Shown here: positions 30,928-40,803 of the stretch, in pieces | Layout of the letters: each line of letters begins with the position of its first letter | Position numbering within the stretch: the stretch's first letter is position 1 | NCBI GenBank assembly: GCA_045594705.1 | Contig: JAZNZB010000033.1 | Coordinates: 317-64,316 of the forward strand | Reading direction: 5' to 3' | Length of the DNA: 64,000 nt | Source: Eubacteriales bacterium | GTDB lineage: Bacteria > Bacillota > Clostridia > Oscillospirales > CAG-272 | Program-made: the position numbers and the translations under genes | Notes under the pieces: generated by a model | Databases searched by the model: none | The model's input: the letters and a program-made list of their open reading frames with translations, nothing else | Told to the model about the DNA's origin: nothing

Positions 30928-30963
30928 ACTCCTGTTATATCATAATCAGAAAGGTAGAAAAAC

Positions 30964-31701
30964 ATGAGTAAAAAATACAGTCACGCAAGTCATTCCCAAT
31001 ATCGCGTGCAACCCAAGAAGGATAACACCAACCTGATCATCACGCTGGTAACTGTGGGACTTTGTGTAGCAGTCATAGCAGCCATTGCAATCGCAATCAT
31101 GGTTGCTACGGGTGCCTTTACCCCCAAGGTAGAGGTCGACATGGCCGAGGTCAAGAGCGAGATCAACTCCTTCAAGGCAACCGACTTTGCGGAAACCGCC
31201 GACGTGACCGAATACGTCAAGATCACGGTCAAGGACTACGGTGATATCGTGCTCCGTCTGCGTCCCGATATAGCTCCCAAGAGCGTGGAAAACTTCCAGA
31301 AGCTGGTCAAGGAAGGCCACTACTCGGACAAGATCTTCCACCGCGTCATTCAGAATTTCATGATCCAGGGCGGCGGCTTTGACACTGCAGGCAAGCAGCA
31401 TGAGGTTGCCTCGATCAAGGGTGAATTCTCTGCAAACGGCGTACAAAACAATCTGCTGCACGTGCGCGGTGTCATTTCCATGGCAAGAACCAACGTCATG
31501 GACAGCGCATCCAACCAGTTCTTTATTTGTGATGCAACCAAGCCTCACCTGGATGGCCAGTATGCCGCATTCGGCTACGTGCTTGCAGGCATGGACGTGG
31601 TTGACGCCATCGCAGCGGTCAAGACAAGCGGCGGCAATGAAAACAAGCCCCTGACCGACGTGGTCATCGAAAAGGCCGTTTTCGTAGATCCTTTGAAGTA
31701 A
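30964..31701 (+). CDS. ppiB: cyclophilin-type peptidyl-prolyl isomerase with an N-terminal membrane anchor
   Basis: 245-aa ORF with a TM helix LIITLVTVGLCVAVIAAIAIAIMV followed by the FHRVIQNFMIQGGGF cyclophilin core. Confidence 0.9.
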   Translation: MSKKYSHASHSQYRVQPKKDNTNLIITLVTVGLCVAVIAAIAIAIMVATGAFTPKVEVDMAEVKSEINSFKATDFAETADVTEYVKITVKDYGDIVLRLRPDIAPKSVENFQKLVKEGHYSDKIFHRVIQNFMIQGGGFDTAGKQHEVASIKGEFSANGVQNNLLHVRGVISMARTNVMDSASNQFFICDATKPHLDGQYAAFGYVLAGMDVVDAIAAVKTSGGNENKPLTDVVIEKAVFVDPLK

Positions 31702-31741
31702 AAATGAAAAGCAGCCCGATGGGGCTGCGGAATTAGCGAAG

Positions 31742-31790
31742 AAAACGAAAGCAGAGGTCTTTGATGAAGGCTTCTGCTTTCGTTTTTTAT
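31742..31790 (+). terminator. long-stem intrinsic terminator downstream of ppiB
   Basis: AAAACGAAAGCAGA...TCTGCTTTCGTTTT followed by TTTT. It is preceded by a second hairpin GCAGCCCgatgGGGCTGC at 31711-31728. Confidence 0.6.
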
Positions 31791-31807
31791 GATGCGCAAC
31801 CCCGCCC

Positions 31808-32014
31808 GTGTCATCCTGAGCGGAGCAATTATTTCGCAGCGAGCTGCGAAATGTTGCGAAGTCGAAATATCTACGGGTGCAACGTACCCACCCTCGTAGA
31901 TCCTCAAAACGCTATAAGCGTTTTGACTTTCAAAAATCAGCAAATTGTTGCAGATTTTTGAAAGTTCGACTCACAAACATCCTCACAGGGATGTTTGTTC
32001 GCTCAGGATGACAC
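31808..32014. repeat. about 207-bp nested-palindrome element with terminal inverted repeats GTGTCATCCTGAGCG / CGCTCAGGATGACAC
   Basis: The TIRs lie at 31808-31822 and 32000-32014. Internal perfect hairpins are ATTTCGCAGCgaGCTGCGAAAT, CAAAACGCTataAGCGTTTTG, CTTTCAAAAATC...GATTTTTGAAAG and ACAAACATCCtcacagGGATGTTTGT. Confidence 0.6.
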
Positions 32015-32066
32015 GAGGGGAATTGCGCTTTTTCCGCTAATTCTTCAGCCCCATCGGGCTGCTTTT

Positions 32067-33833
32067 TTACTTATTCCTCATCCTTTTGATCTTTTCCTCA
32101 TCCGGTGTGACGTAAGCCGTCCAGTTGGTGTGGTAGATCACAAGACCCGGCTTGGCAGCAGGCGGCTTTTTGACGTGGCGCACCTGGATATAGTCCACCG
32201 CGATGTTCTCACCCGTTGCCTTGGAGTGAAAGGCCGCGATCTCGGCTGCATCGGTAAAGTCCTCTGCGGGCGGCTCTTCGCCGTCACACATCATAACCAC
32301 GTGCGAGCCGGGCATGCCCTTGACGTGAAACCACCAGTCGTTTCTGTCGGCCACCTTGTGCGTAATATACTCGTTTTGCACGTTGTTCTTTCCGCACAGC
32401 ACGCGATAGCCGTTGGTCGTGGTAAACTGCATGACCACGGGATTTTTATTCTTTTTGGGCGCGGCGTAGCCCTTCATGCGCGAGGCGTAACCAAATCGGT
32501 AAAGCTCCTCGCGGATCTCGTCCAGGTCCGACTGCGTTTCGGCACGCGTCAGCGCGTCAAACACGGTATACAGATACGCAAGCTCGTTCTCGCCAAGCGC
32601 AATCTGGCGCGTCAGCTCCACCTTTGCATTGCGCAGCTTGGTGTATTTTTTGAAGTACTTCTGTCCGTTTGCCACGGGAGTCAGACGCTCGTCCAGCTCC
32701 ACAATGCAAGTGCCGTACCTGCCGCTCTGCTCGTCCCACTCCTCGTAGTCCACAAGCTCGGCGCGCGTCATGCCCTTCTCCAGGCAATACAGATTGCCCA
32801 TGATCAGATCGCCGTACTTCTTGTACTTTTCAGCCTGCTCGCACTCGGCAAGCTCTGCCCTTTGTGCCTCCAATTTTTTGGTAATGCGGCTCTCCCCATG
32901 CGTCAGCAAGGAAAGCACGTCAGACGCTCTTTGCTTGATGCGGTTTTCACGGTCACGCGTGGCAAAGAACACGTCCAACAGCTTGCCCGCGCTCTCAAAC
33001 TCCTCGCGCGGCATATCCGCACCGTAATGCGTCAGCGAAATAAACGCATATTCGACCGGCTTTGTGCCGTCGGTGACCAGCGTGGGACAATAATTCCCCG
33101 TGCGCACAGTCCCCATGATCGCATCAAAAGCGCGCCAAAGCTCGGCAGCCGTGCAGTACTTGATGGGGGTATCGGTAAAATGCGTAGCTCTGTACGCCAT
33201 CTCTCTTGCAACCGCGGCCGAAATGCCCATGTATCGCTCCAAGATCCAGCGGTCGGTACGCTGCTCGGGATCGGCCTCGGCATAAGCCTTTGCAAAGCCC
33301 TCGGCCGTCTCGGCCACGGGATCGCACTTATTCTGTGCGGGCGGCAGCTCGTAGGTCATGCCCGGCAGCACCTGGCGCTTGCTTGACGTGGTGAAATCCA
33401 CCGTCTTGAGCACGGCCAGGATCTTTTTATTTTCATCCGCAAAGATCAGATTGCTGTATTTGCCCATGATCTCGGCGATCAGATAGCGCGTACAGGCAAA
33501 ACCCATTTCATCACGGCCTTCAAATGACAACTCGCACACGCGCTCAAAGCCGATCTGTCTGACGCCTGCCAGCTTTGCACCCGAGAGATGCTTGCGAAGC
33601 AGCATACAGAACATGGGGGGCTGCTGCGGATTTTCCTTTTGCGATTCGGTAAAACCGATACGCGGATTGTTGGAGCCCGCGTTGATCAATAGGCGTTTGC
33701 CGCCCTCGATGGTGCGCATTTGCAGCACAATCTCGTCGCGCTCGGGCTGCAATACACGCTCTATTCTGCCTCCCTGCCCGATCCGAGTAATCTCGTCCAG
33801 CACGCAGGCAAGCATACCAGCATCAAATGCCAT
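32067..33833 (-). CDS. rqcH: NFACT-family ribosome quality control protein (RqcH / FbpA-like)
   Basis: 588-aa ORF with the N-terminal NFACT-N pattern (MAFDAGML...ERDEIVLQMR...INAGSNNPRIGFT) and a C-terminal DUF814-like region (WWFHVKGMPGSHVV). Confidence 0.85.
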   Translation of the reverse strand: MAFDAGMLACVLDEITRIGQGGRIERVLQPERDEIVLQMRTIEGGKRLLINAGSNNPRIGFTESQKENPQQPPMFCMLLRKHLSGAKLAGVRQIGFERVCELSFEGRDEMGFACTRYLIAEIMGKYSNLIFADENKKILAVLKTVDFTTSSKRQVLPGMTYELPPAQNKCDPVAETAEGFAKAYAEADPEQRTDRWILERYMGISAAVAREMAYRATHFTDTPIKYCTAAELWRAFDAIMGTVRTGNYCPTLVTDGTKPVEYAFISLTHYGADMPREEFESAGKLLDVFFATRDRENRIKQRASDVLSLLTHGESRITKKLEAQRAELAECEQAEKYKKYGDLIMGNLYCLEKGMTRAELVDYEEWDEQSGRYGTCIVELDERLTPVANGQKYFKKYTKLRNAKVELTRQIALGENELAYLYTVFDALTRAETQSDLDEIREELYRFGYASRMKGYAAPKKNKNPVVMQFTTTNGYRVLCGKNNVQNEYITHKVADRNDWWFHVKGMPGSHVVMMCDGEEPPAEDFTDAAEIAAFHSKATGENIAVDYIQVRHVKKPPAAKPGLVIYHTNWTAYVTPDEEKIKRMRNK

Positions 33834-33861
33834 ATAAGGTTCCTTTCAATTGATTATATCA

Positions 33862-35775
33862 TTATGTCAAGCTGTTCAAGTCATCCGCATGCGAGGCATC
33901 CGGCATGGGAATGACGTACTTGTAATACTCAATGCCGTATTTCTCGCAAAGCTCGTAAACGGTCTTCAGATTTTTCTTACGGTCGTTGTTTTTGCCGTCC
34001 AGACTGCACAAATAGTAGATCTGGATCGAGGATTTTTCCACGTGTGCTCTCTGCTCGTCAGTCTCGGCCATCTCCAGGGCTTCGTCCCAGTACACCTTCA
34101 TTTTCTTTCCGAAGTTGAGGTCGTGACTGCCTGAACTGTGGGCAAACGGGAACATCTTAAGCCCCTTATCGAAAATGCCGACGTGCGGATTGCGCGCGAT
34201 CGCGTGCGCGGTCATGACAGTCATGTACTCCTTAATCCTGACCCAACCCGGGCCGTAATAGTACTGCATGAACTCGTCCATATACGCATAGTACTGCTCC
34301 TCGGTCATGTCGGGATTCCAAAGCAACTTTGCAAGCAGATAAGAGCGCAGCTCAGCAAATTCGCCCGAGACAGATACCTGCTGGCCTTCCAAGAACACAC
34401 CCTTGACATTGTGATCCTTATAAAACTGCACGTTGGCATGCAGCACGTCAAAGTTGGGGAAGAAGGTAAAGTAGGTCTCTGCGTTATAGGTGTAATCCCA
34501 GATATACAGCTTGTCACAGATCTCGCTCCACGCTTCGATATCCTTGCAGAAGGATTTGTTGCGAGAGCAGTTGGGGTCGGACAGCGCGTGTGTAAAGCAG
34601 CACTCAATCGAGCACAGACGAATGATCACGTTCTCCGCAGGACGTACGGTCTTGGGAGGCGTGCGGGTATATCTGTAAGCCAGAGTATCCACATATACAC
34701 CGGGGTAATCATCCTTGATATCGTTTGCGATGCGGTTGACAAAGGTCAGAAGCGAGCCCATCTCAGAGCCCTCGGCATCGTTGATGGCCTTGCAGTTTTC
34801 ACACCGACAGCCACCAACGCCCGCATCCGAGTCGTTTTGCGAGACCGAGATGATGGTGGCCTCGGGGTTTGCATCCAGCCATGCGCGCACGTTGGAGAGC
34901 ACGGTGTTGTAAACTTCCTCATCGGTCAGGCAGGGCTGCACGTTGCCCGTATGCGTCGTGCCCCCCGTCAAAAGGCTGAAGGTATGTACAAATCTGCCCG
35001 CATAGCCCACGCCACCGCCGATATCGGAAACGGGCGTGGAGTTATCATAGAAGCTGTTGTCCTTGGAGTGATTGGCAAAATCCTGCTTGTAGCGCATATC
35101 GTACCAGTAGGTATCACGAAGCTCAAAGGCGGGATTGTGCGTCTTTGCAAAGCCTGCGGGGATCTCGGCAGAGGCTTGGTTGATCACCACGGTGGTATCT
35201 GCCGCCAAAAAACGCACGCCAAGATACTCCTCCAGAAAATCATATACACCGTACATGGTGCCGCGATCGCAGCTGCCTGTGATATACAGTCTGCCGCCGT
35301 CCTCCAGCATGGTATAACCGTCCAGCTCCACCTTTGCGCGCGCTTCGGTCACGGCAGGCGTGTCGCGGTCGGTTACGCCGATCACGATCTCGTGCTCAGA
35401 GGCCTTTTCCTCAATGCGATAGCCGGTTGCTTGCTCCAGATATTCCACCAGCTCGTCTGCGCTGTTACGCACGCAAGCAGCACCGCCCTCCTGCACGACC
35501 AAGGTAAAGGAAGTAATGTCCAAACCGCCAATGGTGAAGGCGTCGAGCGGAATGCCGTTGTCGGTCTCTGCTTCCGTTTCAGTTTCGGTTTCGGATTCAC
35601 TTTCCGGCTCGGTCTCGGTAGCATTCGGAATTTCCGTGATGCCTTCGGTGACAGCCTCGGTTACGGTATCGGTGCTTTCCTGCTCACCGCTCTCGGGATT
35701 GCAAGCCGCAAACGAGAGCATCATATAAGCCGCCAGCAAGCCAAGCAAGATGCGTGTCCATACATTGTGTTTCAT
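33862..35775 (-). CDS. lipoprotein, DUF4838-like putative glycan-active protein
   Basis: ORF 33862-35793. The second ATG at 35775 (AAGGAG 9 nt upstream) gives MKHNVWTRILLGLLAAYMMLSFAAC, a lipobox-like signal. An acidic Glu/Thr linker follows. YDFLEEYLGVRFL and the overall character recall DUF4838. Confidence 0.6.
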   Translation of the reverse strand: MKHNVWTRILLGLLAAYMMLSFAACNPESGEQESTDTVTEAVTEGITEIPNATETEPESESETETETEAETDNGIPLDAFTIGGLDITSFTLVVQEGGAACVRNSADELVEYLEQATGYRIEEKASEHEIVIGVTDRDTPAVTEARAKVELDGYTMLEDGGRLYITGSCDRGTMYGVYDFLEEYLGVRFLAADTTVVINQASAEIPAGFAKTHNPAFELRDTYWYDMRYKQDFANHSKDNSFYDNSTPVSDIGGGVGYAGRFVHTFSLLTGGTTHTGNVQPCLTDEEVYNTVLSNVRAWLDANPEATIISVSQNDSDAGVGGCRCENCKAINDAEGSEMGSLLTFVNRIANDIKDDYPGVYVDTLAYRYTRTPPKTVRPAENVIIRLCSIECCFTHALSDPNCSRNKSFCKDIEAWSEICDKLYIWDYTYNAETYFTFFPNFDVLHANVQFYKDHNVKGVFLEGQQVSVSGEFAELRSYLLAKLLWNPDMTEEQYYAYMDEFMQYYYGPGWVRIKEYMTVMTAHAIARNPHVGIFDKGLKMFPFAHSSGSHDLNFGKKMKVYWDEALEMAETDEQRAHVEKSSIQIYYLCSLDGKNNDRKKNLKTVYELCEKYGIEYYKYVIPMPDASHADDLNSLT

Positions 35776-35807
35776 AAACGGTTTCTCCTTCATCCATTGA
35801 GATTTGA

Positions 35808-36620
35808 TCAGCCAAACATCAAAGAGTCCACCTCTGCCAAAGAGGCAAAGGTCATATCAGGTCGTTTTTCGGGATCGGCAGCATCCACGTCAACCTGTTG
35901 CGTCTCACCTGTCAGCACCAGCACGGCAGTCACACCGTGCAAGCGGCCAAGTGCAATGTCGGTATAAAGTCTGTCTCCAAAGATGCAGATATCCTGCTTT
36001 TGCATGCCGGTCGCCTCGCAGATCATTTGCACGGTCTCGGCATAGGGCTTACCGAAATACGTGGGCTGCACACCGGTCGAAGCGGTCACAAAGGCTGCGA
36101 TCGCACCGCTGTCCGGGATAAAGCCTGTCTGGGTGGGGCAGTTGTAATCGGGGTGGGTGGAGAGATATTCCGCACCGTAACGCACAAATCGGCAGGCGTT
36201 GTCCAGCTTTTCGTAGGTCAGCGTGGTATCAAAGCTGGTGACCACGATGTCCGCCTCGGCCTCACTGCCTGTGAGCATGGGGATGCCCGAGGCACCGAAA
36301 TGCTCCACCAGCTCGGGCGTGCCCACCAGATACACGCTCTTGCCCGCACGGTGACGGCGCAAGAATTCCACCGTTACATCCCCCGAGGTCATGATCTCAT
36401 CCTCGCGGGGAGAAAAGCCCAGGCGCGTCAGCTTACCCATATAAAACTCGGTGGTATGTGACGCATTATTGGTAAAAAACAGCACGCGATAGCCGTTCGC
36501 GCGCAAATTTTCAATAAAGCGAATGGCAAAATCAAACACCTGATTGCCAAGATAAATGGTGCCGTCCATATCAAACACGAACAGCTTTTTGGATGTTAAA
36601 ACGTTTTTTTCGGTATTCAT
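35808..36620 (-). CDS. HAD-IIA family sugar-phosphate phosphatase (NagD-like)
   Basis: 270-aa ORF with the FVFDMDGTIY motif I, FFTNNAS and a C-terminal GDRLYTDI motif. Confidence 0.8.
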   Translation of the reverse strand: MNTEKNVLTSKKLFVFDMDGTIYLGNQVFDFAIRFIENLRANGYRVLFFTNNASHTTEFYMGKLTRLGFSPREDEIMTSGDVTVEFLRRHRAGKSVYLVGTPELVEHFGASGIPMLTGSEAEADIVVTSFDTTLTYEKLDNACRFVRYGAEYLSTHPDYNCPTQTGFIPDSGAIAAFVTASTGVQPTYFGKPYAETVQMICEATGMQKQDICIFGDRLYTDIALGRLHGVTAVLVLTGETQQVDVDAADPEKRPDMTFASLAEVDSLMFG

Positions 36621-36663
36621 TCCCCGCTCCTTGGGTGTTTTTTCATTTCATTATAACACATAC

Positions 36664-36692
36664 TTGATTTTTTTGCAATATCATGATATACT
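36664..36692 (+). promoter_or_regulatory. candidate promoter TTGATT-N17-TATACT (TGn-extended) for coaW
   Basis: The plus strand reads TTGATTtttttgcaatatcatgaTATACT, about 40 nt upstream of the ATG. Confidence 0.5.
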
Positions 36693-36731
36693 GTAACAGG
36701 AATATTATTTGCATATGAGGGGATTTTCATC

Positions 36732-37604
36732 ATGAACGCAATAAATGATAAAAATAAGGTAGTCGTGGGCATTGACGTGGGCGGCTCGACCACCAAAATC
36801 GTGGGCTTTCGCCGCGATGCGGGCAGCGAGACGCTGATCGCACCGCTTTTCGTGCAGGCAACCGACCCCATTACCTCGATCTACGGCGCTTTTGGCCGCT
36901 TTACCATGGAAAACGGACTCTCGCTTAACGATATTGACAAGGTTATGATGACGGGCGGCGGCTCTTCCTTCCGCTCCCAGCCCATCTATTCCCTGCCCTG
37001 CAACAACGTTTCCGAATTTGAGTGCATCGGCTTGGGCGGACTTTATCTGTCGGGGCTTGACGAGGCCATTGTTGTTAGTATGGGCACAGGTACGGCACTC
37101 ATTCACTCCAAAAAGGTGGACGGTATCACCGAGATCAAGTACCTGGGCGGCACGGGCGTTGGTGGCGGCACGCTGCTGGGGCTGACGCAAAAGCTGACGG
37201 GTGTAGGCACGGTGGAGCATATTGAAAAGCTGTGCGCCGAGGGTGACATTTCCAAGATTGACCTTCGCATCAGCGACATTTCCAAGAACCGCACGTACGA
37301 GAATATGAAGGACAATCTGACCGTTTCCAACTTCGGCAAGGTCAGCGATATCGCAACGCCCGAGGACATTGCGTTGGGCGTGGCCAATATGGTAGCCGAG
37401 ACCATAGCCATGGTGGCAGTGTTTGCGGCAAGAGGCTGCGGTGTCAAGGACGTGGTGCTGACCGGCAATCTTTCCACGATCGCGCCCATCCGCAAGACGT
37501 TTGAGGGGCTTGACCAGTTTGGCGTCAACTTTATTATTCCCGAGAACGCGCAGTTCGGCACGGTCATCGGCGCTGCATTGCACGACAGTCATAAGTGTAT
37601 TTGA
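36732..37604 (+). CDS. coaW: type II pantothenate kinase
   Basis: 290-aa ORF with an ASKHA-fold N-terminus VVGIDVGGSTTKIV, plus MGTGTA and GGTGVGGGT motifs typical of type II PanK. Confidence 0.8.
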   Translation: MNAINDKNKVVVGIDVGGSTTKIVGFRRDAGSETLIAPLFVQATDPITSIYGAFGRFTMENGLSLNDIDKVMMTGGGSSFRSQPIYSLPCNNVSEFECIGLGGLYLSGLDEAIVVSMGTGTALIHSKKVDGITEIKYLGGTGVGGGTLLGLTQKLTGVGTVEHIEKLCAEGDISKIDLRISDISKNRTYENMKDNLTVSNFGKVSDIATPEDIALGVANMVAETIAMVAVFAARGCGVKDVVLTGNLSTIAPIRKTFEGLDQFGVNFIIPENAQFGTVIGAALHDSHKCI

Positions 37605-37620
37605 GAATACGCATAGCAAA

Positions 37621-37645
37621 GCCGCGGCATGCGCCGCGGCTTTTT
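37621..37645 (+). terminator. intrinsic terminator of coaW (also the first module of repeat copy A)
   Basis: GCCGCGGcatgcgCCGCGGC followed by TTTTT. Confidence 0.8.
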
Positions 37646-37684
37646 CACGTCTTGAAAGGCCGCCACCACACGGATACGCACAAC

Positions 37685-37987
37685 AGGATGAAAGTTTTTG
37701 ATCGACCTTTTTTCAAAAAGGTCGCAGGTTCCAAGGGCAGAGCCCTTGGTCGCGCCCGCAGGCGCGAAACACACTCGGCGTTTCTTCTTTGCTAAGCTTT
37801 CTGCTTTGCGCCCGCGGTGTCAAAGAAGAAAGCGGGAAAAGGATTAGGGTGTGTAACATTGAGGAAATTTTCTCCGTTCTTTTTTGTGCAAGTAGGCGCA
37901 AAAAAGAACCAAAAAACGCCGAATTGCGGGGCGTCGCCCCGTACCCCAGTCGCTTTTTGAAAAATGCGACGCAAAAACTTTCATCCT
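37685..37987. mobile_element. MITE-like repeat, copy A (about 303 bp, no coding capacity)
   Basis: It starts with AGGATGAAAGTTTTTGATCGACC and ends with AAAAACTTTCATCCT. It shares about 290 nt of clear similarity with 40762-41050, including the identical hairpins CCAAGGGCagaGCCCTTGG and CGCGCCcgcaGGCGCG. Confidence 0.6.
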
Positions 37988-38015
37988 TGGGTCGTCATAA
38001 ACTTGTGCGCACCCC

Positions 38016-38045
38016 TTGACATTTCTCTTTCCCTCATGCTATAAT
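38016..38045 (+). promoter_or_regulatory. promoter TTGACA-N18-TATAAT (TGn-extended) for alaS
   Basis: The plus strand reads TTGACAtttctctttccctcatgcTATAAT, 45 nt upstream of the alaS ATG and 29 nt after the repeat ends. Confidence 0.6.
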
Positions 38046-38090
38046 AAATAGTTGATAATATGATTTCATCCCGAAAGGAATTTTTACATT

Positions 38091-40727
38091 ATGCAATGGA
38101 CATCTCTTAACGACCTGCGAGAGAAGTACCTGTCCTTCTTTGAATCCAAAGGACACCTCCGTCTTCCCTCGTACCCCCTCGTTCCCATTAACGACAAATC
38201 CCTGCTCCTGATCAACTCGGGCATGGCTCCCATGAAGAAGTTCTTTACCGGTGAGGAGCAGCCTCCCCGTAACCGCGTGACCACCTGCCAGAAGTGCATT
38301 CGTACTCCCGACCTGGAGCGCGTTGGCCATACCGCACGTCACGGCACTTTCTTTGAAATGCTGGGCAACTTCTCGTTTGGCGACTACTTCAAGAACGAGG
38401 CCATTCCGTGGGCTTGGGAATTTCTGACCTCTCCCGAATGGCTGGATATCCCCGAAGAAAAGCTTTGGCCCTCTGTCTACGAGCACGACGATGAGGCTTA
38501 CGAGCTTTGGAATAAGGTTATCGGCGTTCCCGCTGAGCGCATTACCCGCCTTGGCAAGGCTGATAACTTCTGGGAGCACGGCTCCGGTCCTTGCGGCCCC
38601 TGCTCCGAGATCTACTTTGACCGCGGCATTGAGCATGGCTGCGGTGATCCCAACTGCCGCCCCGGCTGCGACTGCGACCGCTTTATGGAGATCTGGAACA
38701 ATGTATTCTCCCAGTTCGACAACGACGGCCACGGCAACTACACTGAGCTCAAGTCCAAGAATATTGATACCGGTATGGGTCTGGAGCGTCTGGCTTGCGT
38801 TATGCAGGGCGCGGACAACATGTTCTTGGTTGACACCAACCGCCGCATTCTGGATACCGTTTGCGCCATCGCGGGCAAGACCTACGGTGCAGACGCCAAC
38901 GACGATATTTCCATCCGTGTTTGCACCGACCACATCAAGAGCGCTATGTTCATGATCTGCGACGGCGTGATCCCCTCCAACGAGGGGCGCGGCTACGTTC
39001 TTCGCCGTATCATTCGTCGCGCATGCCGTCACGGTAAGCTGCTGGGCATCAATCACGCGTTCCTTTCCGACCTTTGCGTTGTTGCAATGGAGGAAAACTG
39101 CGGTGCATACCCTGAGCTGACCACCAAGCACGACTATATTCTGAAAGTTCTCTCGATCGAGGAAAAGCGTTTTGACGCCACCATCGACGCAGGCCTTTCC
39201 ATCCTCTCCGACCTTCTGCACGGCGCGATCGCGCAGAACGCCGACACCATTTCGGGTGAAGAGGTATTCAAGCTGTACGACACCTTCGGCTTCCCGATCG
39301 ACCTGACTCGTGAGATCGTAGCTGAATCCGGCCTCAAGATCGACGAAGAGACCTTCAAGAAGCTGATGAACGATCAGAAGACCCGTGCACGCGCTGCACG
39401 CGGCAACATCAGTGGCTGGAGCGAGGCTTCCAAGTCCGCGCTTGACAACATTGCCAAGACTGAGTTTACCGGCTATACCGAATACAGAACCGAAGCAAAG
39501 GTCATTGCGATCCTTGCCGAGGATTCCCTTGTCGAAAGCATTTCCGAGGGTGACTGCACCGTCATTCTGGACAAGACCCCCTTCTATGGCGAGGGCGGTG
39601 GCCAGGTTGGCGACGCGGGTACCATCTACAAGGATGGTGTCATGATCAGTGTCACCGATACCAAGAAGACCGACGGCATTTACCTGCACCTTTGCACTAT
39701 CAGCGAGGGCGTGCTCAACGTTGGCGATACCGTGACCGCAGACATTGCGGACCTGCGCCGCGACGCCATCAAGCGCAACCACTCCGCATGTCACCTGCTT
39801 CAGGCAGCGCTGCGTTCCGTACTCGGCACGCACGTTGAGCAGGCAGGCTCTTACGTGGACGAATCCCGTTGCCGCTTCGACTTCTCTCACTTTGCAGCTA
39901 TGACCGAGGACGAGATCCGCAAGGTGGAGATGCTGGTCAACCTGCATATCCTGGCTGCCAACGCCATTGAGAGCGTGGAAACCGACATCGAGTCCGCACG
40001 CGCTGCAGGCGCGATGGCTCTGTTTGGAGAAAAGTACGGCAAGGTTGTTCGTATGGTCAAGATGGGCGACTTCTCTACCGAGCTTTGCGGCGGTACGCAC
40101 TGCGACAACACCGGCAAGATCGGTATGTTCAAGATCATTTCCGAATCCTCGGTAGCTGCAGGCGTTCGCAGAATTGAAGCAACCACCGGCTTTGGTGTGC
40201 TTGAGCTTCTGGCACAAAAGGACGCTATGATCAACCAGGTAGCAAAGGAACTCAAGGTTCAGAATCCTGCAGACAGTGCAAAGAGAGTTTCTCAGCTGCA
40301 TGCCGAGCTGGCAGCAGCCAAGAAGGAGATCGAATCGCTCAACGCCAAGATCGCCGGCTCCAAGCTGGACAGCCTGCTGGGCAATGCCAAGGCAGTGGGT
40401 AGCGTCAAGCTGATTGCAGCACACATGAGCGGCATGCAGATCGACGCAGTTCGCGCACTGGCAGACCAGATCAAGGCTGACCACGCCGATACGGTTGCGG
40501 TTCTTGCTGTCAATGCAGGCGGCAAGCTCAACTTTATCGCAGTTGCAGGCAAGGATGCCGTTGCAGCAGGCGCACACGCAGGCAAGCTGGTAGGCGCAGT
40601 TGCAGCAGTGACCGGAGGCAAGGGCGGCGGACGTCCCGACAACGCAATGGCGGGTGGCAACGATGCAAATAAGATTGCCGAAGCTCTTGCAGCAGCAGAA
40701 GGCACACTCGCAAGCCAGTTGAAGTAA
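38091..40727 (+). CDS. alaS: alanine--tRNA ligase
   Basis: 878-aa ORF with an FFESKGH...SGM.PMK N-terminus, the HxxxH/CxxxH editing-domain motifs (HSACHLL, CGGTHC) and a C-terminal DHHA1-like region. Confidence 0.98.
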   Translation: MQWTSLNDLREKYLSFFESKGHLRLPSYPLVPINDKSLLLINSGMAPMKKFFTGEEQPPRNRVTTCQKCIRTPDLERVGHTARHGTFFEMLGNFSFGDYFKNEAIPWAWEFLTSPEWLDIPEEKLWPSVYEHDDEAYELWNKVIGVPAERITRLGKADNFWEHGSGPCGPCSEIYFDRGIEHGCGDPNCRPGCDCDRFMEIWNNVFSQFDNDGHGNYTELKSKNIDTGMGLERLACVMQGADNMFLVDTNRRILDTVCAIAGKTYGADANDDISIRVCTDHIKSAMFMICDGVIPSNEGRGYVLRRIIRRACRHGKLLGINHAFLSDLCVVAMEENCGAYPELTTKHDYILKVLSIEEKRFDATIDAGLSILSDLLHGAIAQNADTISGEEVFKLYDTFGFPIDLTREIVAESGLKIDEETFKKLMNDQKTRARAARGNISGWSEASKSALDNIAKTEFTGYTEYRTEAKVIAILAEDSLVESISEGDCTVILDKTPFYGEGGGQVGDAGTIYKDGVMISVTDTKKTDGIYLHLCTISEGVLNVGDTVTADIADLRRDAIKRNHSACHLLQAALRSVLGTHVEQAGSYVDESRCRFDFSHFAAMTEDEIRKVEMLVNLHILAANAIESVETDIESARAAGAMALFGEKYGKVVRMVKMGDFSTELCGGTHCDNTGKIGMFKIISESSVAAGVRRIEATTGFGVLELLAQKDAMINQVAKELKVQNPADSAKRVSQLHAELAAAKKEIESLNAKIAGSKLDSLLGNAKAVGSVKLIAAHMSGMQIDAVRALADQIKADHADTVAVLAVNAGGKLNFIAVAGKDAVAAGAHAGKLVGAVAAVTGGKGGGRPDNAMAGGNDANKIAEALAAAEGTLASQLK

Positions 40728-40738
40728 AAGTATTATAG

Positions 40739-40767
40739 CCCCGCGGACTTGTCCGCGGGGCTTTTTT
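40739..40767 (+). terminator. intrinsic terminator of alaS (also the first module of repeat copy B)
   Basis: CCCCGCGGacttgtCCGCGGGG followed by CTTTTTT. Confidence 0.85.
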
Positions 40768-40803
40768 CACGTCTTGCACACCCACCACACGGACACGCAC
40801 AAT

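Noticed and set aside
38034-40577. 847-aa minus-strand ORF opposite alaS
   Set aside because: It is an antisense shadow of a canonical AlaRS gene.
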